A stretch of 64,000 nt of DNA from an uncultured Leptospira sp. (GTDB lineage: Bacteria > Spirochaetota > UBA4802 > UB4802): the NCBI GenBank assembly GCA_964509195.1, contig CAZDWJ010000002.1:8214-72213 (forward strand). The letters run 5' to 3'. Position numbers and translations under genes: made by a program. Under the pieces are notes generated by a model that made no database searches, was not told where the DNA came from, and saw only the letters and a program-made list of their open reading frames with translations. Below, one piece after another: positions 27,722 to 37,995 of this stretch (position 1 is its first letter; each line of letters starts with the position of its first letter).

Positions 27722-29542
27722 ATGGAGAATGTATCGCATAAACGCAGAATTATAATCACTTTAATCTTTATCAGTATAATAGCTGTATTGTTAATAGTTA
27801 AAATCACACAGTTACATTTCAGTTCCAGGGTAATAGTTAATAATAAAAATAATTTTATAAAACGTGGGGATATCATTGATATAAATGGATATCCCCTTGC
27901 TGTATCAATTTATAAATATTCCATATTTGCAGATCCCCGTAAAGTTACTGATCTGGAAAATGTAGTATTTAAACTTTCATCCATACTTGCTATGCCGCAA
28001 TCAGAACTTAAGGATTTATTAACCCGCGACAAGCATTTTGTATGGGTTAAACGGAAGATAGATGATGCTATTGTTAACAAAGTAAAGGAATTATCTTTGC
28101 CCGGAATATATAGTAAAAAAGAGTATGCCCGTGCATATCCTGAAGGGGAATTAGCAGCACAGGTTATTGGCTTTGTGAATGTTGATAATATTGGGCTTGA
28201 AGGTATTGAGTATAAATACAATGATATATTGTTGCGTGCCGATAGTTCCGGTGAAAAAGAAGAAAAAGGTTTTACAGTTCAGCTAACTCTGGACAGAACC
28301 ATACAGCATATTGCCCAGAAAGCACTTAATGCATATGCTGCACAGGTAAAACCAAAGAAGGCTGTTGCTGTTGTTTCTGAAATTAAAACCGGTAAAATCC
28401 TTGCACTGGCACTGTATCCACAATTCCATCCTGAATATTTTTATAATTACCAAAAATCTATTCTTACATGCTTTTCCGTTGTTGATGCATTTGAGCCAGG
28501 TTCAACAATGAAGATATTTGCTGCAATAACCCTACTTGAACATCTAGAGAATGCACTTAAAAGAACGTATGTATGCAAGGGTAGTGTTGATGTATATGAC
28601 GCAACGATTAAGTGTACAAAGGAACATGGGATAGTGACCTTGAATGATATTATCACATACTCATGCAATGCAGGTATCATTCAGGCGATGCAGCAGATTA
28701 AAAAGGAACAATTATATCAAACACTCACACGATTTGGTTTTGGCAGTAAAACAGGAATACAGCTTCCTGGTGAATCGCAGGGTATTCTTCGAAATCCCAA
28801 ACAGTGGTCTGGGCTTTCAAAGTATTCAATGGCAATAGGCCAGGAAATATCAGTGACTTCTGTACAGCTTGTTGCTGCTTTTGGAGCTATCGCCAATAAT
28901 GGCATTTATATGTATCCGCAAATAGTGAATCAAATTCAAAATAGCGATGGTGAAACGGTTACAGGCTTTTTCCCAAAAACAAAAGGAAAAATATTGAATG
29001 ATACAGTGGCACGAACCATTCTTTCGATGATGCACAATGTTGTTATAGAGGGAACCGGTAAAAAAGCCTTTGTGGTAGGCTATGGTACGGGTGGCAAAAC
29101 CGGCACGGCTCAGAAATCGCTGCCGCAGGGTGGGTATATTCCTGAAACCTATGTAGTATCATTTGTAGGCATTGCTCCTATCGATAATCCCGATATTTGT
29201 ATTTTGATTGTGTTTGATGAACCAAAATATGGCGGTTCGGGTGGTGAGCTAGCAGCGCCGGTTTTCGGCACTATTATAAAACAGGTACTACCCCTAAGAG
29301 GATTTGGCAACACTACAATAAAAACCACATCAGTGGCTACCGGATACAATCCACATAAAGAAGATGTGGTGCCAAACTTTATTGGCAAAACTGATACTAC
29401 CGCGTTGCGCCAGCTTATAAACTTGCAGCGTGATTATCCGATACATTATATAATAAAAGGTTCAGGCAGAGTTGTTGCCCAGGATCCAAAACCTGGAGTG
29501 CCGTTAAAAAAAGTTACTTCAATCACACTGGTTATGGAGTAA
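27722..29542 (+). CDS. Penicillin-binding protein (class B transpeptidase, FtsI/PBP2-like) with C-terminal PASTA domain
   Basis: N-terminal TM and dimerisation domain. Transpeptidase motifs STMK, SCN and KTGTA. A C-terminal roughly 60-aa PASTA-like module (VPNFIGKTDTTALRQL ... GVPLKKVTSITLVME). Confidence 0.8.
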   Translation: MENVSHKRRIIITLIFISIIAVLLIVKITQLHFSSRVIVNNKNNFIKRGDIIDINGYPLAVSIYKYSIFADPRKVTDLENVVFKLSSILAMPQSELKDLLTRDKHFVWVKRKIDDAIVNKVKELSLPGIYSKKEYARAYPEGELAAQVIGFVNVDNIGLEGIEYKYNDILLRADSSGEKEEKGFTVQLTLDRTIQHIAQKALNAYAAQVKPKKAVAVVSEIKTGKILALALYPQFHPEYFYNYQKSILTCFSVVDAFEPGSTMKIFAAITLLEHLENALKRTYVCKGSVDVYDATIKCTKEHGIVTLNDIITYSCNAGIIQAMQQIKKEQLYQTLTRFGFGSKTGIQLPGESQGILRNPKQWSGLSKYSMAIGQEISVTSVQLVAAFGAIANNGIYMYPQIVNQIQNSDGETVTGFFPKTKGKILNDTVARTILSMMHNVVIEGTGKKAFVVGYGTGGKTGTAQKSLPQGGYIPETYVVSFVGIAPIDNPDICILIVFDEPKYGGSGGELAAPVFGTIIKQVLPLRGFGNTTIKTTSVATGYNPHKEDVVPNFIGKTDTTALRQLINLQRDYPIHYIIKGSGRVVAQDPKPGVPLKKVTSITLVME

Positions 29543-29544
29543 AT

Positions 29545-31398
29545 GTGGAAAATTATTTCCAAAAAAATATTGTGGCGATAGCTCAACGTAATAAAACGCT
29601 GGCTGAAATAATCCAAAACGCAGATTATACACTTTACATTGATGTAATCCAAACTAAAAGTGGTGATGTTATTCCGCTGGTAAAGAAGGAAACTGGCACT
29701 GTCACAGTTCACAGTAAATTTAACCCTGTTAAAGAAGCAGAACGCCTCATTGAAGAATTTGATTGTGCACATTATGATTGTATTGTGGTTTCTGGATTTG
29801 GGTTTGGCTATCATATTGAATCACTTTTGCCAAAAGTTAAAAAGGATGCAACAGTATTAATTCTGGAACAATTTCCATGGATGGTTGCGGCAGCTATCGC
29901 TCATCGGGATTTACAAAATGTATTTAATGATCCACGGGTTGTATTACTGGTTAACCCTGATGAGGAAACAATAGCTGTTCACATGAAGGGCAGGTCGTCA
30001 TATAAAACACTTTTTATCACGCATAGAGGCTCATTCCAGATTGATCCTGAACAGTATACTAATCTGCAGAGAATTGCAAAAGCATATATTGCAACTAAGG
30101 AAGTAAACATAGCTACACTGGCAAAATTTGAAAAGTTATGGACTTCAAATATTGCACGAAACATTAGAGAAATCATTGGTGCTTGTCCAGCTGCAGCTTT
30201 TTTTGACAGGTTCAGTAATGTTCCGGCAATTATTGTGAATGCAGGGCCAACATTGACTGAAAGCATACCCTACATTAAAAAACATTATGATACTACCATT
30301 ATTGTTGCAGTAGATACTTCGATTAAAGTTCTAGAACACTATGGAATTGAGCCACATTTTTGCATAACTGTTGATCCGCAGCTTATTAATGCACGGTATT
30401 TTGAAGGAGTACATAGCAAAAGGACAATATTAATAGCTGATCCCATGGTGCATCCTTCCACTTTTTTGTTTCATAGAGGAAGAAAAGCAATCACAGGTGT
30501 TGCTTTTGAGATGATGAAATGGATTGAGGATACTATTGGCCATTACGGTACTCTGCGATATGGTGGTTCAGTATCAACCAATGCGTATGATTTTGCAAAA
30601 CGTTTGGGTGCGCATCCCATCATCATGGTTGGTCAGGATCTGTCGTTTACAAAAGGGCTTGCTCATGTAAAGGGTGCCTATCTTGACAACCACATCTATT
30701 TCAGGAACTATCGCACATATACAGTTGAGATGTTTAACAGGTTTCAGCTCACTGCATTGCCAAAGATTTTTGTTAAGGGGATAAAGAGTAAACAGGTTCA
30801 TACCAATCAAAAGATGATGATTTTTATCTCATGGTTTGGCAAGTTACTAGACCCTTCATTAATTAATGCAACGTATGATGGTGCATATATTGACACCGTT
30901 ACTCACAAAACTTTTGAAGAAATTGCACTTCAAGATTGTGGCATTAATGTGTGGGATGTAATTAATCAAATATATCAACAATCTCTGCCTGATGAGGATA
31001 CTATAGCATTGCGGTCAGCCAACCTGATAACGCAATTAAACCAGATGTTACAGCAAACTGACTCAATGTATAGCATGTTGCAACAGGCTATACAGTTTTC
31101 AGAGGAACTTAAAAAAATTATTAAAAACAACAAAACTCATGCGATACCTTCACTGCTAAAGAAGCTGGATGATATTGATAAAAAACTTTCAGACTTAAGT
31201 GTTACAAAAAATCTGGTTGGATTAACTATACAGCACATTATTCATACAGTGACTGAAGGATATGAAATTGATGAAACCGTTAAAAGTGAGCAGGAAAAAG
31301 TGGCTTTAAAGTCCCTGTACTTATATACGGGCTTGTTTGAAGGAGTACAGTATAGCACCCGTGTGATACAAACTATGATTAGGCTATTACAGCGATAA
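29545..31398 (+). CDS. Motility-accessory-factor-like (Maf / DUF115, MptE-like) protein
   Basis: Central DUF115-like region VNAGPTLTESIPYIKKHYDTTIIVAVDTS ... FCITVDPQ. Maf proteins are putative flagellin glycosyltransferases. Starts 3 nt after the PBP stop. Confidence 0.55.
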   Translation: MENYFQKNIVAIAQRNKTLAEIIQNADYTLYIDVIQTKSGDVIPLVKKETGTVTVHSKFNPVKEAERLIEEFDCAHYDCIVVSGFGFGYHIESLLPKVKKDATVLILEQFPWMVAAAIAHRDLQNVFNDPRVVLLVNPDEETIAVHMKGRSSYKTLFITHRGSFQIDPEQYTNLQRIAKAYIATKEVNIATLAKFEKLWTSNIARNIREIIGACPAAAFFDRFSNVPAIIVNAGPTLTESIPYIKKHYDTTIIVAVDTSIKVLEHYGIEPHFCITVDPQLINARYFEGVHSKRTILIADPMVHPSTFLFHRGRKAITGVAFEMMKWIEDTIGHYGTLRYGGSVSTNAYDFAKRLGAHPIIMVGQDLSFTKGLAHVKGAYLDNHIYFRNYRTYTVEMFNRFQLTALPKIFVKGIKSKQVHTNQKMMIFISWFGKLLDPSLINATYDGAYIDTVTHKTFEEIALQDCGINVWDVINQIYQQSLPDEDTIALRSANLITQLNQMLQQTDSMYSMLQQAIQFSEELKKIIKNNKTHAIPSLLKKLDDIDKKLSDLSVTKNLVGLTIQHIIHTVTEGYEIDETVKSEQEKVALKSLYLYTGLFEGVQYSTRVIQTMIRLLQR

Positions 31399-31399
31399 T

Positions 31400-32155
31400 T
31401 TATGCATTACGGAACTTTTTCTGGTTAACAATAAAAAGCCCTGCAATCCCTGCAAATATTAATCCCAATGCTATAATTTGTGCCTGTGTTAATCCAGCAA
31501 AGACAACTGGATTTCGTCGAATGAATTCCACAAAAAAACGTGGTACTCCATTTAGAATCAGGTAAATAAAAAATAGAGTTCCCTGCGAAAATTCTTTTTT
31601 TCTTAGTTGCAATAAAAGGATTGCAACAATAAAAGAAAAGAATGACTCAAAAAGCGGAGTAGGATAGACAGCATATGATATCGGGACAATTCCGTTTGGA
31701 TAGGCTACACCAAAAATGCTTGATGTTTCAATTCCGTAACACCCGTCACCCGCTACATGGCATCCTATTCTTCCAAATCCATAGCCTACTGCGATGCATG
31801 GCGCAGTAATATCAAGAATTTTTAAAACAGGTTCCTTGCTTTTCTTGATGATAAAATAGCTGAATAACAATGCAAAAAGAAATCCACCATATATAGAAAG
31901 ACCCGCACCGGAAAACACAGTGCCGGCAGGGTCAGATAAAAATTCATCCATATGATCCAGTATATGAAATACTTTTGATCCAATAATACCGGCTGGAATG
32001 GCTACCAGTAATATTTTATATGCTAAATCTGGATTGATATCACGTAATATGAGTTCCCTTTCAAACAATATGTATGCTAAATAAATGCCAATAGCCAGCA
32101 TCACACCATATCCACCAATGGTTATGAATTTGTACTGGAAGAGTATTGGATACAT
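31400..32155 (-). CDS. lgt: Prolipoprotein diacylglyceryl transferase
   Basis: 251 aa, MYPILFQYKFITIGGYGVMLAIGI, and the Lgt signature region GRIGCHVAGDGCYG. RBS GGAGGAA. Confidence 0.85.
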   Translation of the reverse strand: MYPILFQYKFITIGGYGVMLAIGIYLAYILFERELILRDINPDLAYKILLVAIPAGIIGSKVFHILDHMDEFLSDPAGTVFSGAGLSIYGGFLFALLFSYFIIKKSKEPVLKILDITAPCIAVGYGFGRIGCHVAGDGCYGIETSSIFGVAYPNGIVPISYAVYPTPLFESFFSFIVAILLLQLRKKEFSQGTLFFIYLILNGVPRFFVEFIRRNPVVFAGLTQAQIIALGLIFAGIAGLFIVNQKKFRNA

Positions 32156-32278
32156 GATGGAGTTCCTCCATGAATATCTTAAATCTTTAGTTCATCACGT
32201 CATAGTTACTACAATAAAAAAAATTGCAACAGAATTATATCATCTGTTGCAATTTTTTGTGTTTATATAGTGAATTTT

Positions 32279-33838
32279 TTACTTTGTTTCTACTGCCAAA
32301 GTCTGGCGCAATTCCCGTTTCAGTATTTTACCGGATGGATTTTTGGGTAATGCATTCATTATAAAAATTTTCTTTGGAGTTTTAAATCCCGCTAACCGTT
32401 GCTTGGCAAAAGCGATAATTTCTTCTTCTGTTGCCTGCATATCTTTTTTCAATACTATTGCTGCGCATACAAGTTCAATCCATTTAGGGTCAGGCAATCC
32501 AAAGACAGCAACCTCAGCAATAGCGGGATGCTGATATAATACTTCTTCAACTTCTCGAGAAGCTACATTTTCTCCACCTGTTTTTATCATGTCTTTTTTG
32601 CGGTCAACGACATACAGATAGTCATCTTCATCAAATTTACCTAAATCGCCACTGTGGAACCAGTCAAAAGCAAATGCTTCAGCAGTTTTTTCTGGATCAT
32701 CCAGATACCCTGTCATAACGTGACCAGATCTATGAACTATCTCACCAACTTCCCCAACCGGGACAAAATTACCATCATCATCCATCAATGCTGTTTCTAC
32801 ATTCAGTACAGGTTTGCCAGCTGAACCAGGTTTTGTAAGCTGGTCTTCAGGTTTTAATATAGTAGCTACCGGTCCCATTTCGGTCTGTCCATAATAATTC
32901 CATAGCCGCAACCCAGGGAATACTTCAGTTAAGCGTTTCAACACCTCAACCGGCATGATGCTGGCACCATAGGCAGCTTTTTTGAGTGAAGTAAGATTGT
33001 ACTTTTTAAATTCAGGATGGTTGATTATTCCAATCCATACAGTGGGTGGTGAAAACATATGAGTAATATTGTACTTTTCAATAAGCTGCATCATAGCAAC
33101 GGGATCTGCTTTGTGTAAGATAATATTTGTTGCACCAACATACAAAAATGGCATAAGAAAACAATGCAGCTGTGCACAGTGGAATAGAGGAAGAGCATGG
33201 AGGCTGATATCGTTAGGCTGATACTGGCCTTCAATGATACAACTAAAATACTGCGACATTAATGCTCTATGCGACAGCATCGCGCCTTTTGGCTTTGATT
33301 CAGTACCACTGGTGTAAGGAATCTGTGCAATATCCTCCGGTTCAACAGTTGCAATAATATCTTTGGTGGACATATCCTTCATCATTTCTATAAGGTTATC
33401 AAAACCTTCTGGTGTTTTTGTGCCTTCAAGAGGAATGAAAAGCCAATTTTCAACGGTTGTGCATTTGTGTATGGCTGGTGCTATTACATTATATAAATTG
33501 TCTTCTACGATCACCATCTTTGATTTAGAATGATTTATTATATATGCCATTTCATCTCCATTGAGCATATAATTAATAGGAACCTGAATAGCGCCTATTT
33601 TTGAAAGCCCCACAAAGCTTATTGGATAATAATGTGAGTTAAAGGCTATAATGGCAACACGATCGCCTTTATCAATTCCGTACTGCTGCATAAGATGAGC
33701 AAAACGGCAACATTCGTCTTCAAGTTGCCTGAAGGTCAAATTAGTGTCTCTGAATGCAATAGCAAGTTTTTCGCCAAACCGCAAAGCAGCGCGGCGTACC
33801 ATATCAGCAACTGTATCTCTGCAATAAAGGTTAGCCAT
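32279..33838 (-). CDS. AMP-binding acyl-CoA synthetase family protein
   Basis: Motifs YTSGTESKPKGAMLSH, YGQTEMGP, GWFHSGDLGKFDEDDYLYVVDRKKDMIKTGGENV. Confidence 0.8.
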   Translation of the reverse strand: MANLYCRDTVADMVRRAALRFGEKLAIAFRDTNLTFRQLEDECCRFAHLMQQYGIDKGDRVAIIAFNSHYYPISFVGLSKIGAIQVPINYMLNGDEMAYIINHSKSKMVIVEDNLYNVIAPAIHKCTTVENWLFIPLEGTKTPEGFDNLIEMMKDMSTKDIIATVEPEDIAQIPYTSGTESKPKGAMLSHRALMSQYFSCIIEGQYQPNDISLHALPLFHCAQLHCFLMPFLYVGATNIILHKADPVAMMQLIEKYNITHMFSPPTVWIGIINHPEFKKYNLTSLKKAAYGASIMPVEVLKRLTEVFPGLRLWNYYGQTEMGPVATILKPEDQLTKPGSAGKPVLNVETALMDDDGNFVPVGEVGEIVHRSGHVMTGYLDDPEKTAEAFAFDWFHSGDLGKFDEDDYLYVVDRKKDMIKTGGENVASREVEEVLYQHPAIAEVAVFGLPDPKWIELVCAAIVLKKDMQATEEEIIAFAKQRLAGFKTPKKIFIMNALPKNPSGKILKRELRQTLAVETK

Positions 33839-34238
33839 AAAGATCCTCCATTTATATTATGATAAGATATATGACAAATATGAAACATGCCTTTGGAGGT
33901 GCAAGCATAAAATGTAAATGAAATTTAAAATAGGCAAAGAATGTATATAATGAGCTATCGCCTATAATGAATACATTGAAATTATATATTTAAATGCTAT
34001 TTTAATTATAATGGTATATTCTTATGAATAATGCAAGTCATACTTTTTAGAAATTGTAATGCATATTAAGAATTTTATTATTTGATTTTTTAATTGACTT
34101 ACTTTACATTATTTTAAGATGGTTATATACACGCCGTGATTGTTCTTTAATCAAAATTTTGAATAAATACGTAAACTCATTATATCAATGAGAAGGGATT
34201 TTTATATTTAAAATTAAAAAAGAAAGGAGAAAGCTTTC

Positions 34239-37200
34239 ATGGCAAAAAAGATTATGAAATCAATGGATGGTAACGAAGCTGCTGCGTACATATCGTATGC
34301 ATTTACTGAGGTTGCTGCCATCTATCCTATTACACCTTCTTCTCCTATGGCTGAATTCGTTGATGAATGGGCTGCACATGGGAAAAAGAATATTTTTGGG
34401 CAGGTTGTGCGTGTTGTAGAAATGCAATCAGAAGCTGGTGCTGCTGCTGCAGTTCATGGTTCATTACAGGCAGGTACGCTTACAACTACCTATACAGCAT
34501 CACAGGGATTGCTTTTAATGATTCCCAATATGTATAAAATATCTGGTGAATTGCTCCCTGCAGTATTCCATGTAAGTGCGCGCTCTATATCATCTCAGGC
34601 ATTATCAATATTTGGTGATCATCAGGATATAAATGCCTGTCGCCAAACTGGATTTGCCATGCTTGCAAGCGGTGGTGTTCAGGAGGTTATGGATTTGGCT
34701 GCTGTTGCACATCTATCGGCAATAAAATCTCGTATACCATTTTTACATTTCTTTGATGGGTTCAGAACATCCCACGAAATTCAAAAGATTGAAGTGCTGG
34801 ATTATGAAGATCTGGCACAGCTCATTGATTATTCAAAGTTAGAAGAGTTCAGAAACAATGCATTAAATCCTGAACATCCAGTTACTCGTGGTACTGCACA
34901 AAATCCTGATATTTATTTTCAGGCACGGGAAGTGAGTAATATATTTTATCAGGCTGTTCCTGATATTGTTGAAGATTACATGCAGCAATTAAGCAAGCTT
35001 ACAGGAAGAGTGTATCACCCATTTACCTATTATGGTGCACCTGACGCTGAGCATATCATAGTGGCTATGGGATCTGTTACCGAAACTATTGAAGAAACAA
35101 TAGATTATCTTATAAAACAGGGTGAAAAAGTTGGCCTTGTTACCTGTCATCTGTACAGGCCATTCTCGACAAAATATTTCTTCAACGTATTGCCAAAAAC
35201 TGTGAAGCGCATTGCAGTTCTGGATAGAACAAAAGAACCAGGTTCAATTGGGGAACCGCTGTATTTAGATGTACGTGCAGCATTTTATGGGACAGCGCAG
35301 CAGCCACTTATCGTTGGCGGCAGGTATGGATTGAGTTCTAAAGATACCACACCATCACAGATTATTGCTGTGTATAATAACTTAAAGCTCAGTGAGCCAA
35401 AGAACGGGTTTACAGTTGGTATAGTTGATGATGTGACATTCACATCATTGCCACTTCCTGAAGATACCAGTGTTGTGCCGGAAGGTACGTTTGAAGGTAA
35501 ATTTTTTGGTGTAGGTGCAGATGGGACTGTTGGGGCAAATAAAAACTCAATTAAAATCATTGGCGATAACACCGATTTATATGCGCAAGCTTACTTTGCA
35601 TACGATTCAAAGAAGTCAGGTGGTGTTACTGTATCGCATCTTCGCTTTGGTAAAAAACCAATTCGCTCAACCTATCTGGTAAATAACCCTGATTTTGTAG
35701 CCTGCCATGTCCCTGCATACCTGGATAAATACGATATTTTGAAAGGATTGAAAAAAGGCGGGACATTCCTGCTCAATTCATTGTGGGATGAGGAAGAAAC
35801 TAAAAAGAAGCTCCCGGATCATATCAAACGGTATTTAGCTGAAAACAACATAAAGTTTTATATTATCAATGCAACAGAAATATCTGAACGTATTGGTCTT
35901 CCTGGGAGAACTAATAGTATAATGCAGGCAGCGTTTTTTAAAGTAAGCAATGTTATTCCTTATGAAATCGCCGAAAGGGAAATGAAAGAAGCTATTGAAA
36001 AAACATATGGAAGAAAAGGTTCTGACGTTGTTGCAAAAAATATTGCTGCTATTGATGAAGGTGCAAATAATGTAAAAGAAGTAAAAGTTCCCGAGGAGTG
36101 GAAAAATATAAATCTTCCAGGAAAACCAAAATTTGAGGAATTACCTGAATTTGTTCGTGAGATAGTTGAGCCAATGAACAGGTTAGAGGGCGATAGTTTA
36201 CCGGTAAGTGCCTTTTTGCCCAGACCTGATGGAACATTCCCTCAAGGCACAACGCAGTATGAAAAGCGGGGTATTGCCGTAAATGTTCCTGAATGGCAGC
36301 CAGAAAATTGTATACAGTGTAACCAGTGTGCGTATGTGTGCCCACACGCAGTGATTCGTCCATTCCTGCTTAATGATGAAGAAATGAAAAAAGTGACTGC
36401 TGGTATTCCTGTACTTGAGGCAAAAGGCAAAGGCCTTGAAGGACTTAAGTTTAGAATACAGATTAGTCCGCTTGATTGTACTGGTTGCGGCAACTGTGCC
36501 GAGGAATGCCCAGCAAAAGAAAAAGCACTGGTTATGAAACCACTGGAAAGCCAGCTAGGCCAGCAGAAATACTGGGATTCTATTGTTAAGAATGTAACCT
36601 ATAAAGACAACTTAATGAACAAATACACAGTGAAGGGCAGCCAGTTCTGTCAGCCGTTATTTGAATTTTCTGGTGCATGCGCCGGATGTGGAGAAACTCC
36701 TTATATCAAGCTTATTACTCAGCTTTTTGGCGATAGGATGCTCATTGCTAACGCAACCGGTTGTTCATCAATCTATGGTGGTTCTGCACCAGCAACTCCA
36801 TATTGCATCAATGCACAGGGAAGGGGGCCAGCGTGGGCAAGCTCACTTTTTGAGGATGCCAGCGAATATGGTTATGGTATGTATTTGGGAGTAACTCAGC
36901 AGCGTAAGAAAATCGCACAACTTTTAGAACAGCTGGCTAAAACAACATCTAACACTCAGCTGAAAGATGCAGCGCTTGAATGGATTGCAGGCAAGGACAA
37001 TGCTGAAAAATCACGTGAAGCTACAAAGAAACTGTTGCCACTATTACAGGGCGATAGCTCTAAAGAAGCAGCCGAAGTGTTGAAATTGGCACAGTATCTT
37101 GAAAAGAAATCAATCTGGGTGTTTGGTGGTGATGGGTTTGCCTACGATATCGGGTTTGGTGGACTTGATCACGTTATCGCTTCCGGTGAAGATGTAAACA

Positions 37201-37760
37201 TTCTGGTTATGGACACGGAGGTATACTCTAATACTGGTGGACAGTCTTCAAAGGCAACACCAATAGCAGCCCAGGCTAAGTTTGCTGCAAGCGGAAAGCG
37301 GGTACGTAAAAAGGATCTAGGCCTTATGGCTATTACATACGGCTATGTGTATGTGGCTCAGGTTGCAATGGGAGCAAGCCAGATGCAGTATATGCGTGCT
37401 ATTACCGAAGCTGAAAGCTATCCTGGACCATCCTTGATTATTGCATATTCGCCATGTATCAATCACGGATTGCGTGAAGGTATGGGGAAAGCACAGGAAG
37501 AAGCAAAGAAAGCAGTAGAATGCGGTTACTGGACATTGTGGCGTTACAACCCATTGCTAGAAAAAGAAGGTAAAAATCCATTTATTTTGGATTCAAAAGA
37601 ACCACAATGGGAAAAATTTAACGATTTCCTTATGGGCGAAGTACGTTACTCAGCTTTAAAGAAGGAATTCCCAGAAGTTGCTAATGAGCTATATGCCGCA
37701 GCACTTGATAATGCTAAGTGGCGATATAACAATTATAAGAGATTAGCAACACAGTCATAA
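34239..37760 (+). CDS. nifJ: Pyruvate:ferredoxin (flavodoxin) oxidoreductase, single-polypeptide PFOR
   Basis: 1173 aa with all PFOR domains, two ferredoxin-type Cys clusters (CIQCNQCAYVCP, CTGCGNCAEECP) and the TPP-binding GGDG. RBS AAGGAGA. Confidence 0.95.
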   Translation: MAKKIMKSMDGNEAAAYISYAFTEVAAIYPITPSSPMAEFVDEWAAHGKKNIFGQVVRVVEMQSEAGAAAAVHGSLQAGTLTTTYTASQGLLLMIPNMYKISGELLPAVFHVSARSISSQALSIFGDHQDINACRQTGFAMLASGGVQEVMDLAAVAHLSAIKSRIPFLHFFDGFRTSHEIQKIEVLDYEDLAQLIDYSKLEEFRNNALNPEHPVTRGTAQNPDIYFQAREVSNIFYQAVPDIVEDYMQQLSKLTGRVYHPFTYYGAPDAEHIIVAMGSVTETIEETIDYLIKQGEKVGLVTCHLYRPFSTKYFFNVLPKTVKRIAVLDRTKEPGSIGEPLYLDVRAAFYGTAQQPLIVGGRYGLSSKDTTPSQIIAVYNNLKLSEPKNGFTVGIVDDVTFTSLPLPEDTSVVPEGTFEGKFFGVGADGTVGANKNSIKIIGDNTDLYAQAYFAYDSKKSGGVTVSHLRFGKKPIRSTYLVNNPDFVACHVPAYLDKYDILKGLKKGGTFLLNSLWDEEETKKKLPDHIKRYLAENNIKFYIINATEISERIGLPGRTNSIMQAAFFKVSNVIPYEIAEREMKEAIEKTYGRKGSDVVAKNIAAIDEGANNVKEVKVPEEWKNINLPGKPKFEELPEFVREIVEPMNRLEGDSLPVSAFLPRPDGTFPQGTTQYEKRGIAVNVPEWQPENCIQCNQCAYVCPHAVIRPFLLNDEEMKKVTAGIPVLEAKGKGLEGLKFRIQISPLDCTGCGNCAEECPAKEKALVMKPLESQLGQQKYWDSIVKNVTYKDNLMNKYTVKGSQFCQPLFEFSGACAGCGETPYIKLITQLFGDRMLIANATGCSSIYGGSAPATPYCINAQGRGPAWASSLFEDASEYGYGMYLGVTQQRKKIAQLLEQLAKTTSNTQLKDAALEWIAGKDNAEKSREATKKLLPLLQGDSSKEAAEVLKLAQYLEKKSIWVFGGDGFAYDIGFGGLDHVIASGEDVNILVMDTEVYSNTGGQSSKATPIAAQAKFAASGKRVRKKDLGLMAITYGYVYVAQVAMGASQMQYMRAITEAESYPGPSLIIAYSPCINHGLREGMGKAQEEAKKAVECGYWTLWRYNPLLEKEGKNPFILDSKEPQWEKFNDFLMGEVRYSALKKEFPEVANELYAAALDNAKWRYNNYKRLATQS

Positions 37761-37770
37761 CATATAGAAA

Positions 37771-37803
37771 AGGGGTTGCACAAAGGCAACCCCTTCTTTT
37801 TTT
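37771..37803. terminator. Bidirectional rho-independent terminator (GGGGTTGC-loop-GCAACCCC plus T/A tracts)
   Basis: An 8-bp perfect GC-rich stem with loop ACAAAG, followed by a T-run on the plus strand (terminating nifJ) and an A-run on the minus strand (terminating the small ORF). Confidence 0.6.
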
Positions 37804-37969
37804 ATGCTTGAGTGTTGATTATTTTACCTTTATTTTCTTCTTCCAGTGTTTTTGGCACTTCACTCAATCTCTGGCGTGATTCTTCAACCGTATTTCTCCC
37901 AATCTCTTTGGATTTCTGTAACACACCTTGAGTTTGGTTTGTTGTAATGTCATTAATCTTGTTTATCAT
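37802..37969 (-). CDS. Small hydrophilic protein (55 aa), not in the ORF track
   Basis: ATG at 37969 preceded by strong RBS AAGGGAGGG with 5-nt spacing. It encodes MINKINDITTNQTQGVLQKSKEIGRNTVEESRQRLSEVPKTLEEENKGKIINTQA, and its stop TAA lies in the terminator T-tract. Confidence 0.45.
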   Translation of the reverse strand: MINKINDITTNQTQGVLQKSKEIGRNTVEESRQRLSEVPKTLEEENKGKIINTQA

Positions 37970-37995
37970 AAACCCTCCCTTGTTTAGTATGCATT

